From: Rotaria socialis
Lineage: Eukaryota
Length of the DNA: 20,000 bases
Assembly (NCBI GenBank): GCA_905331295.1
Contig: CAJNYD010000098.1
Location: forward strand, 45,013-65,012
Direction: 5' to 3'
Position numbers and translations under genes: made by a program
In this document: positions 1 through 9,994 of the stretch, one piece after another
Layout of the letters: every line of letters begins with the position of its first letter
How positions within the stretch are numbered: the first letter of the stretch is position 1
The notes under the pieces: generated by a model
The model's database searches: none
Told to the model about the DNA's origin: nothing
What the model saw: the letters and a program-made list of their open reading frames with translations, nothing else

Positions 1-13
1 ATGAATCACTTAC

Positions 14-2137
14 ACATAAAAGAAATTCAGAGTGAAACCATTCCGATCGATACTGTTGATGCATGAAAAAATTATAAACAAAAGAGAAAATCAAAATAGA
101 AGATTTATCTACTTTTATTGTCCTCCTTTATGGTTTTGTTTGCTAGTGGAATCAATAAATACATAAAGAAAAGAATAGGAAAGGAAAGGAAAAAAATAAA
201 CCAACAAATACTATAATCTCGTCGAGGCGTAAAGCAGCGAACATGATGCACATAACTAGACAAGACCTAATTTTTCACAAGAAAAGCATTCATTTTGTGA
301 AACAGATTAAAAGGTCCTGTGTAGATTGTGCAACACCTTCAGCAGCATGAAGTATCGTTTGTATCGTAAATTTAAAAAATCGAGCATTTATATAGTGTAA
401 ACGAACTTGATGAAATAACGTCAGTTGCTTTAATTTAACTAGCAGAAATCGATATTCTTTTTTTTTCATAAATAGACATCAACAACTGACACTCAATAAA
501 GAACAGGTGTATATAGACTAATGAGAAGAGAAAGAAAAAAACTTCTTGCATCACTTCATTTTCTGTTGTCTCAAGATTTCATATATCGATAATCGATATA
601 TGATATAGAATAAACGATGAATTGAAATAGAATTTATTCTCAAGTAAAAATTGAAAATTCTCAAGCTAAACTAAATGAAGTCTTCTGCTGACTTAGATTT
701 ATCACCCAAAATATATCTAAATCTGGTTTCACGTGAAAAATTTTGTTATCCGAATATCCTTATTCTATTCTGCACGACAGAGTTACTCTATACAATTCTA
801 ATTTCAAAGAACAAGTTATTACGTGATATCATTTCATGCAATAGACTTGAAATGACTAGAAATCGATGAACACAACATAGAGATATAATATCGATTATTT
901 CATCGGCACGTGGAAATATAAGCCGTCTGTCTATGGATGAAGAGTCAAAACAAAAATGGGTATTTATAGTCATCATATATATTATCTTTCTGTTCTATAA
1001 AAGAAAAAAATCAAGTCAGAATAAGACTACACAGTTAGTACTGTCGCTATATGCATTCTGTACTTATATCTATTGAAGAATCTATCAATACAGACGATTG
1101 CGTTTAAGAACTTGTAAAAAAATTCATGTTAACATCAATAATAGTATATTTCTGGATTGATTTCACAAACTTGATCGTTATATATTATCATTTTGTTGAC
1201 TCCTTCGAGACGAGTGGTGCTTATATTTATTTTTCGGCCAGGAATAATTTAGCTTTGTTGATATCTAATTACTACTAATTAGTATTACTTTATTGTTTCA
1301 TAGGAGTAATCTCGACACATATGTCTCATTTTGTCTTTGAAAAATCAATCGTACTAATTAGAAATAAAAAAAGAAATCATTCTAATCGATTTCGTATTTC
1401 ACTATTTAACTTAACGAAAAAAAGACTCCATATTGACAGAGTTCTATTCTTGTTATCAAACAGCAAAAGTATCAAATATTAGCCATATAAAACATTCGAA
1501 AGATATACATTCAATATCAAATACATTGAAAGAAAATTGAAAATATGACTCCTATTATACTATGCCTTTTTGAAGCAATTATACAGATATGTGTAGTTTC
1601 AATTTTGAAGTTGTTCAATCAGCCTACTTATGAAATGATTCAATAAATTAGATTTAAACAATAATTTTCTAAGAAAAACATATAAACGAACCTTCATAGT
1701 ATATTTTTATAAACTCTTTGTTACAGAAAAAGATGCAATATTTTTTTGAGAACTACAAAGTTCAAAGTTAATGAGTTTTACACAATTAAACGTTTGGTGA
1801 AAATAAACTTGAAAATTTTTCTATAATATGATTTCATTTTCTCTTAGTTTTCTGACGATTAAAAACTGTTTCATTATGAATGATAAAATCTTTAAACAGG
1901 TTCTGATGTTACAAAAAAAATTATTAGAAAAGAAAGTCTTACTTCAAATTTAGCAACTTTAGATTTTCGTTCAAGAATTGGTGAATGATCTGGCTAAAAC
2001 CATAGAAATATATAGTTAATGAATGTTCATTCTATTAATTTTTGTTAAACCTACCGAACGTGATCTTTTAGGTGCACGTACTTGTGATGGACTACCACCG
2101 TCACTATTATCGGGCATTATCGATGGAAATTGAATAT
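14..2137 (-). other. Possible multi-exon gene or pseudogene running off the left edge of the window (exon-like segments 2137-2055, 1993-1943, ~440-200, 52-14)
   Basis: TTTTAG acceptor at 2139-2138 and ATG at 2117 give MPDNSDGGSPSQVRAPKRSRS|GTAGGT. A 61-nt intron leads to PDHSPILERKSKVAKFE|GTAAGA. Segment 52-14 reads CAG|YRSEWFHSEFLLC|GTAAGT. I could not join the middle part into an uninterrupted frame. Confidence 0.3.
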
Positions 2138-2528
2138 CTAAAAATTATTGAAAGTGAAGAAAAAACTCAATAATGGTTTATCAAAACATTTGTTTTATAG
2201 CTATCCACCAAAATTTCATGCAAGTTTAACTGTAAAGATGTTATTTTGGATGTTTTCGTTGTACGATAAGAGAAAATAAATATATCGAATCTATTTCAGA
2301 TAAAGAAACCAATGAAGAAAAAGTGGCTTGGAAATAAAAATCACATCTGTAGAATCTCTTCAACCGCTAATTTCATTCAATATTTCAAATAATCAGTCGA
2401 TAGTTGTCACTCTGTTTATTTTATTTTCATGAATCTTTGTTCTAAAAGTGGACATAAATCCTAATGGACGAAAGCTTTAAATCGTGATAGATGTCATTAT
2501 CAGCTGGATATATGTATCATCTGAGTCA

Positions 2529-2548
2529 ATATATATATATATATATAT
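2529..2548. repeat. (AT)10 microsatellite
   Basis: Directly visible dinucleotide run. Confidence 0.9.
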
Positions 2549-2701
2549 CTATACAAACAAACATGAAATTCGATAGATTGATAAATAAATTTAAAAGAAA
2601 AGTTTCACTGAATGTTAAAATAAGTCGAATAATCGTTTTTTTTAATATCAGAGTTGATCGACTTAAAATATTAACGAATGGATTATTCAATGGTCGCATA
2701 C

Positions 2702-3826
2702 CAGAGATGCCGACAGGGCAGGGTTACCCTGTCCTGTGCCCTGTCCTGCCCTGAACAGGAACAGGAACAGGATACATCAGGTAAATTGCAGGGCAGGGCA
2801 GGGTGAGAAATATACCCTGAAAAATGAAAACCCAGTTGTTTGAATTTCTGATTTGAAAAAATACTTAATTATGTAAGTACAAGAGCAATGCTTTGAATAT
2901 ACTAGAAAACAAATTAAAAAACTACGTGAAAACAAACACAGCAACAACACTTCATCGAACCATCAAAAAAAGACTTTAAGTAGAAACCGATTTGTATGCA
3001 CGATTTGAATCTGGAAGTTTAAATGAAGAGCTCACTGATTATAACAGTAGCGGAAATGAAAGTGAAGAATATGATTATACTATAAAAAAAGGTGATGAAC
3101 TAGATCGATATCGATTGTTTGAATTCGATAAAAATAAAGAAACAAAGCAACCGTTAGATTTTTCGAAAAATCATCAACAAGCTTTTCCATTTCTTTCAAA
3201 GTATGCTCGATCAATATTTTCAATAACTGCAACAACAACACATGTGGGAAGAGAATTTTCCACAGCTGGTTGGATCTTGAACAAGAGAAGAACAAATCTT
3301 CAACCAGATTGTTTAGAAAGCATTTTATTAGTAAGATCAGCGGAAAACCATTGACACGGAAAGTAAATTGTCTATTTATTGTTAGTTTTTTTCTTGCTCA
3401 TGGTGGATATCTTATTTTCTTGTGTTATTTTTGTAAATTTGGCTGAACTGAAGTTCTACAATAAACGTGCGAGTCTAGGTTAGTTATGTATATTGTATCA
3501 TTCACTTTTCTTCTTATTACACGCTTATTTATTCTGCTATTTTGGGTGGAATGTTACTATTATTCTAAAATTAGCTTAATTTAAATTAAAAATTAAAAAT
3601 TAAAAAAAAATCCTCTATAATAATTACAATGAGAAAAATGCCTTTTTATTATAAAATATATCGAAAATTACTATACAAACATTATTCCAATTCAGTAGGA
3701 TACCCTGCCCTGCCTGAAGACCGTCAGGACAGGACAGAAACAGGATGCATCTTAAATTTATTTATTTATTTATTTTTCAACAGGACAGGACAGTGTGCAA
3801 AAAGTCGCCCTGTGGACATGTACATG
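2702..3826 (+). mobile_element. Non-autonomous, internally deleted hAT-superfamily DNA transposon (~1.1 kb)
   Basis: Left end CAGAGATGCCGACAGGGC (2702-2719) and right end GCCCTGTGGACATGTACATG (3807-3826) form imperfect inverted repeats. GC-rich subterminal CAGG(G/A)/CCTG arrays occur at both ends (2713-2820, 3696-3813). The flanking 8-mers TCGCATAC (2694-2701) and ACACATAC (3827-3834) match 6/8, consistent with a decayed 8-bp TSD. The interior encodes a hAT C-terminal dimerisation domain. Confidence 0.85.
2880..3354 (+). pseudogene. hAT transposase C-terminal fragment (hAT dimerisation region), inactive
   Basis: ORF 2992-3354 reads ELDRY...PLDFSKNHQQAFPFLSKYARSIFSITATTTHVGREFSTAGWILNKRRTNLQPDCLESILLVR, the classic FPxLxxxARxxLsipAtSxxxERxFSxAGxxxxxxRxxL motif. 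There is no true ATG (the ORF starts at TTG). Upstream coding-like sequence (EQCFEYTRKQIKKLRE) is in another frame, and the N-terminal and catalytic core are missing. Confidence 0.85.
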
Positions 3827-5350
3827 ACACATACACATATTACTTGCATTAAGGTCAGCGTTAGGATTTTTAAAGTTTTTTAATATCTGTTTGATATACG
3901 TTACATATAAAACGATCACTAATTGTTCTTAGTTGTCGAAAATATGTTGAACAAAGTCGAAGAGGATTGCTTATACATCAGCTATATGCTTTTCATTGAA
4001 ATAGAAGTGAATGTAATTTCTATTCGCAAATAACAATATAACTGTTTCTTAAATCAGTCTCAAGTCAATTTCTAATGAGTTAGCTGACCAGAAGAAATTT
4101 GAAATGTAATCAAATTCGATAAATGCAAGGATAGCATTTTACAGAAAAAAGTTCATTCAAAAATAGCGATTCTCTTCTGATAATTTGTTCTACAGTGTCG
4201 CAATAATAGCGACTGTTCTCTAAAGAAAGTCGAGATCTATTAACACCTCTTACTATTCTTCTATCATCATATTTCATGTAGAAAAATGACGTGCGAAACA
4301 AAACAACACGGTATATTATCGTTTTGTTTTAATCTAGAAATCAAATTGCGGAGTATAACATTCGATTATATTTAACAATAGTATTATTGTATGTGCAAGT
4401 TCTGATGACGTATGTTACTAAGCAATGACATTCATAAAATCATTTCATATTCTAACTTTCCTTTTCTTGCCTTAAAAACAATCTGTAGTAGAATTCAGTT
4501 TGGTTGTAATGCACTTACAAAATAATGTTATACGAGTTCAATTTGTGAACGGAACATCTAAAAATTGTCGAAAAAAAAACAAAAAGAAAATTATTTGGCA
4601 GCAAATTTTCTCGATTTTTTGCAGTTCAAGTAATTTCATTGAAGTATATGTTCTTACAGATCGACGTCTGAATATTATCCCATCAAGTGAATTCTATTGT
4701 GATCATCTCTATACTGTGTAATCTATTCGTAGTTGAATACTTTCTTTTCAGTAGGCATGCTAAAAATAATGTCAACTGACTAGCTTTTTAACAAGTAGAT
4801 CATTGATGAGAGAGAGATTCCATTAACGATTAACTATAATCTAGCATTTTAGTTGATTTCAATTCAAATACACAATGCATCATTTTATAATCTCGAATAC
4901 TAGGATCTCTCGATGATAAATACCTAATTGAAAACATTTATGCCATTATTACAACTATATTAATGACTATCTTTTGTTTTCATTTCTTAATTACAGTTGT
5001 TACCGGTATTCAGCATTGTTAATTGAGCAAATGAAGGATTACTCTTGATCTTACAGTAATTTTTGTTCTTTGAAATGCAAAAATTTACAGAACAAAACAA
5101 TAGTAGATGCATAAATATAATATAATACCGTAAGTAGAAAATTAAGAAAAAGAATAATTTTCCTCTCGTTGAGATTTGTTATTTTTCAGATTTATGTACT
5201 TTTCTATAAACAGACTGTTCCTCTATAGTTTTAATCTATCAAATTGACGATCATAATGATCGTTAATTATGTAAGAAATAATTTTATTTTCATAAACATT
5301 TAAAATAGTTATCACTATTTTCTTTACATTTAAAGAACGAATCAATCAGT

Positions 5351-6138
5351 ATGCAACGAAAACCATCGATTTTACGGAAAGGTTCATATCAAATTTTTTA
5401 TATCACAAAACGAATTAAAGAAGATGGCGATGATAATGAGGGTCGAAATAATAATAGCACTACCGATCAAAATATTGATAAGAAAATCCATATGAGAACA
5501 AATAAAATTGAAGAGAACTTTTCAGAAGTTACTAATCAAGACCAATCGGTAACAAAAACCTAACTCTGTGCTACAAAATATGCATCGAATTTTGTTTTAG
5601 AAAAAGATTTAATACGGCACAAAGCATCCTGTGAATTATCTCAATTCGTCATTAATATCAAGACCTATCGACAAAATTTCTTTTCATTCTTTGTTTTTAT
5701 TTTCTTGTTTATAAATCTAACAGGATGCAATGTCAGTAAAATTATTATCAAATGATAAGCAACAAGATGTTCACAGAGAGAATTCGATTGACTGGCCTAG
5801 AGTGAATAAGATGAGTGAAATATCACGACGAAATAGTTTACTAGTTTCTGTGAGTAATTCTGAAACGATAAATAAAAAAGGGTTCGGAATATTTCGTTTT
5901 CAGAAGTATAAAAAAGTTAAACAATTGCCTTCACCAATTTACATAGGTTTTCATTAATACTCCTCCAGACATGCGACAAAGATTTCGTCAACGACAAAAA
6001 CGTTCGTTTATTGCTTCTGGTATTGCTCTCTTAGCATTGAGTATTATCATAAGAATTATCGTATATGTTACAATTATGATAGTAAAACAAATTAAGAATG
6101 TCCATCACTTATCATTTTATAAACGTTCACGTTCATGA
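5351..6138 (+). CDS. Putative spliced orphan protein with a C-terminal transmembrane segment (tentative exons 5351-5548, 5724-5849, 5947-6138; ~171 aa); may be degenerate
   Basis: Donors GTAACA (5549) and GTGAGT (5850) and acceptors CAG (5723) and TAG (5946) join in frame. The last exon encodes VFINTPPDMRQRFRQRQKRSFIASGIALLALSIIIRIIVYVTIMIVKQIKNVHHLSFYKRSRS*, a basic stretch followed by a hydrophobic helix. Alternative nearby acceptors (5600, 5903) lead to stops, so the model is uncertain. Confidence 0.35.
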
Positions 6139-6454
6139 TTGATTACATGAACGTCGTATATTTTGGTTACGTAGCATATATTCTGTAGAGGTTTAAACGA
6201 AAATAGATATAATTAACTCATCAAAACTTCTCTACCGTTTTCAACAGTGGTACACAAGTATATTTTAAGATATAAAATAGAGTTTCACATAAGAAAGTTT
6301 TGAAAGGTTATATTCTAAAAACTAAATACGATTTCATCAACCAATCGAATTAAGTCAATGAAAAAAGGACAATATGTTGATTTATTTGTCATTTTAAAGT
6401 TTCGTTTCTTTGAATCTATCGACTAAAATATACATAGAACTATGTAATTTCAAT

Positions 6455-7030
6455 TTACTGATCATCAACTTCGTTTAGTAATTATAAATTGACCATGCCG
6501 AGACAATGCAACACAAGATCACATACAACATAGGTATTCATGGAATATGCTTCTTAGTTTCACAAATAAAATAGTTTAATAATTGAAAACAACTGAACAG
6601 CACTCGTACATTTCTAATAAAACTGAAAACTCTACTCTTGAATGTAATTCTTTTTCTTTAAATTACTTAGATATATAAAATATATTATTCTCAAATTTGA
6701 CTCAACAACAAAATATCTTTATTTATCTCATTTCTGTATGAACTATCATTTGTCTCAACTTACTGATAATATTTACCGTTGAAAATCTGCTCTTATACAG
6801 TATCTGCTGATCATAATATTAGTAATTTATTTTCTGTTATTCCGGTGTTAATTCTATCTGATATTTTTCTGAATTTATTGTTCTATTCTATCCAAGATTG
6901 CTGGTCGATTCTCAGACATTTAGTCAAATCTAGCAAAAGCAAACTTTCCAATTGTCCTCCTGATTCAACAAACAAAAGACTAGTACAAAAGCACTATTAC
7001 CATTTTTTTTGCCTTAAACGATTCTGACTA
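6455..7030 (-). pseudogene. Decayed exon-like coding remnant of unknown family
   Basis: One minus frame reads ...LLFVESGGQLESLLLLDLTKCLRIDQQSWIE*NNKFRKISDRINTGITENKLLIL*SADTV*EQIFNGKYY, ending at a GTAAGT donor (6763). A second segment, VVCDLVLHCLGMVNL*LLNEVDD, ends at GTAAAT. Composition is protein-like with scattered stops. Confidence 0.25.
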
Positions 7031-7391
7031 AAACGAATCTAATAGTTTCTAATTACTCTTGGCACGAAAAATAAAATGACTAATGAAAAGTTTATTTAAT
7101 TTATTCGATAATTTGTTCAATAATAAATTTACCAGAAGATGTTGCTAATTGTTTGTTTTTATATCGAATGAAAAGACTAGACGACTTTCGTTAATAATTG
7201 AAAAAACCTATGTTTTATTTTTATCATTCTTTGAAATTATTTATTTGATACTGCTCGGAAACTAATATTCTAAAAAAATTGAATCAGTGTTCAATACACA
7301 TATTTTGATGAAAAAAAGTTTTAGGAGCACCACTATAAAGTCAGGTTATTTTGAATATGATTAAATTGATACATAACGAATTTGATGACTT

Positions 7392-8700
7392 TTATTTTCT
7401 TTGAAATTCCGGATGATTAGTAAGATTATCTAATAGACAGTGTGGTCTAATTTTCTGTTCACAAATAAGATAAGCATCGCGAAACATCGGAAATTGATCT
7501 AATAAATTTCTTCCTTGAAGAAAACGATAAACTTCTTTAGCAGTTCCAGGACCCTGAAGTGATTGCCCATTGAGATCTTCTTTTTCGATTTCCTTTAATG
7601 ACTTATTTGTTTCAGCCAACTTTTTTGCTCCATTATAATTTCTTCCACCTAATGATGATGCAATTAAATCCGCAATGCCGCATGATTCTAAATAGATTTC
7701 TGCTGTGGATTCTTTTTCTACTAGACGACAAAAATTAACCATTTCTCGAAAACCTAATCTAAGAACCTAGACAAAAATAGAAAATTCGTTTCGACCTGTG
7801 GATGAATACATAAAAGAAAGTCAGAGAAACTTACAGCAGCGCGAGTATTAAAACCAGCTTTTAAACCATCGGCAAAACCAGCACACATAGCAATGACATT
7901 TTTTAAACCACCAAGTATTTCAATAATCTCAACATCAGGATAAATACGTATGCGAAAAGAAGGTCCATCAATTATTTGTCGAACTGTTTCACTATGTTTA
8001 TCATCACGAGAGCCAACTGTTGCTTCACAAAAAACTTTCTCAGCAACTTCTCGAGCAATATTAGCTAGAAAATAAGACGAATAATCGAATGCACACAAAT
8101 TTCAATAGTACTGAACAGACCTCCCATCATAGAAAGACAAGGAATATTTAATGTCTTTTTAATTACTTGTGAAACTAATAAAATATCATTTGTTTCTTCA
8201 TCAATGTAAAATCCCTGAAGTAAAAGAAAACAAAAAGTTTTCAATCGATTATTATATTCTATATCTAACTTTAATTAATGTTAATGCAAATGCACTTGGT
8301 TTCACTTTGTTTTTTAGTTCTTCACATGTTTTTTTAACAAATTGATGGGGTATAACAAATATAAGTATATCAGCATCTTTCACTGATTCACAAAGATCAG
8401 GTAAAGCGATAACATTGTCTGGAATTCGTTCATGTGGTAAATATTTTATATTTTCATGTTGTTCATTAATGACTTCTGTTAATTTACTACCATCATCTAA
8501 GGTTTCTTCTTTACACCACATTAGAATTTTCTGTTCATATTCGTCTTTTAAATCAGCAATTTTATCAGCAATATGAATGGCACTTTATTTAGAGATATTA
8601 TTTATTTTTTAAATCAGCAATACAAAAAAGCTTACATTGTACTTCCCCAATTACCTGAGCCAACAATTGCAATTTTTTTCCGTTGTGTTGCTGATGTCAT
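7392..8700 (-). CDS. GPD1: NAD-dependent glycerol-3-phosphate dehydrogenase, cytosolic type; 5 exons (8700-8636, 8582-8270, 8214-8121, 8064-7835, 7766-7392), 358 aa
   Basis: The spliced frame is open throughout. It carries the Rossmann motif KIAIVGSGNWGSTIA, HENIKYLP, ADILIFVIPHQF, LIKG, MGANIAREVA, GGLKNVIAMCAGFADGL (catalytic Lys), ESCGIADLIASSLGGRN and GQSLQGP. All four introns are GT-AG, 53-68 nt. Confidence 0.96.
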
Positions 8701-8923
8701 TTTATTTATATTATAAACTACAACAAAAAACAAACAAAGTATTTTGAGATTATATCTAGTCGCTGTATAAAAATGAAAAGTATATCATTGTTACTTTAAA
8801 AAAATATTGCGATACAATGCTCATTCATTCTATGACAAACATTTTTCTTCGCTTATCTGCACATCAAGTATGATTCAAGAACAAAACAAACTATACAACA
8901 AATTAGGCATATCAAATAGATGT

Positions 8924-9901
8924 TTATTGACGACTTAGTCGTTGACGAATATTGAATCCACGTAAGAACAAGGCATATGCAATCATTCCACATAAAATCA
9001 CATAACCATTTATAATGGGAATTGAATAAGTCGGCTTTGTTGTTCGATTAAGTAATGTCTACAAATAAATAAAATCGTGTTTAAATTCAATTAGCAATCG
9101 TTCATATACATACTAGACAAGAGAACAACATATGTGTTATAACTACAAGGGCGGGGCCAAGATATCGATGAATTCCACCTTTATCCAATGATGTAAAAAA
9201 AATAATATTCCAAAATGTATTTAAAAGAATAATGGCCAATGTTAGAAAAGCTAAGCAAATATAAAAGAAAAATTTTATTCAATCGTATTCAAATATTGAT
9301 TTACCTGTGGCAATAAAAAAATCTTGTGAATGTCCAAATATTCCAATCGTACCTGGACCAGTCATGTCACTCAACACATTAACTATAGAAAATGTTCCAC
9401 TTATGAAACCAAAACCATAGCCGGCAGCTTCAATTAAAGAAAAAGAAAAACAAGTTTTATTTCAAACAAAACATCATCTAATGTGCTCTGTTAATTACCG
9501 TATGCTACAGCAAATCTATCAAAAGTCATTCCTTTTGCTGTTAACTCTTGCATTTGAACTGTTTGTAAAGAAAATTCAGCTTTCCTAATAGAAATGGCAC
9601 GCATTAAATTTTAAGAAAAGACAAAACTAAAAATATTTTTTTACTTAATAACAAGATAAAATAAATATCGAAAGATTTCTTGAAATAACACAGCAAATGG
9701 TACTGCAAATGCAAGTTGATTACGTAATGGAACGACCGTAAACCAAAGTAGTGAAGACAATAGCATTGGTATTAACCAAAAAAATGCACTTGTCATTGCA
9801 ATAATAATACGAAAAGGATGATGTGCTATTGTGAACACAAACATTGAAAAAGGTATTCCATATGCAATTAAAGTACAACCAGTACATTCTAAAATCGTCA
9901 T
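8924..9901 (-). CDS. APH1: Gamma-secretase subunit APH-1; 5 exons (9901-9645, 9584-9499, 9427-9305, 9250-9114, 9058-8924), 245 aa
   Basis: Sequence reads MTILECTGCTLIAYG...PFRIIIAMTSAFFWL...LFQEIFRYLFYLVIKKAE...AVAYAAGYGFGFISGTFSIVNVLSDMTGPGTIGIFGHSQDFF...VVITHMLFSCLTLLN. This matches the APH-1 family, with GxxxG in TM4, the GPGT loop and a 7-TM pattern. Four GT-AG introns (54-71 nt) keep the frame, and the stop codon overlaps an AATAAA. Confidence 0.95.
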
Positions 9902-9994
9902 TATCTAAAATCAAATTTTTTTTAAATTAAAGAAAATTATGCTTAAATTTATATATTTTTTATTTTTGGTATCTATATTTAAAAAGAAAAGAAT
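9902..9994 (-). promoter_or_regulatory. 93-bp PTGES2/APH-1 spacer with a polyadenylation signal (AATAAA 9964-9959) and a splice-acceptor-like TTTTAG (9910-9905) 3 nt before the APH-1 ATG
   Basis: The minus strand reads stop TAG...AAAAATAAAAAAT...AAATTTGATTTTAG|ATA ATG ACG. Confidence 0.5.

Noticed and set aside
200..266. SCLVMCIMFAALRLDEII resembles the TMEM185 N-terminal ALRLD motif
   Set aside because: Neither the upstream nor the downstream sequence continues the TMEM185 pattern, and the match is too short.
2491..2754. 87-aa ORF, and likewise ORFs 3080-3295 and 3629-3883
   Set aside because: They run through a microsatellite or transposon termini, or are antisense to the transposase remnant, and show no protein-like features.
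2713..2820. Short GC-rich CAGGG/CAGGA repeats suggestive of a CRISPR-like or telomere-like array
   Set aside because: There is no constant repeat-spacer periodicity, and they are explained as hAT subterminal repeats mirrored at the other end.
4110..4721. Short ORFs 4110-4301(-) and 4500-4721(+)
   Set aside because: They have non-ATG starts, no coherent splice model and no recognisable motif. At most they are unidentifiable decayed sequence.
9720..9914. 64-aa ORF overlapping APH-1, and likewise 16706-16963 overlapping the orphan gene
   Set aside because: These are alternate-frame shadows of well-supported coding exons.
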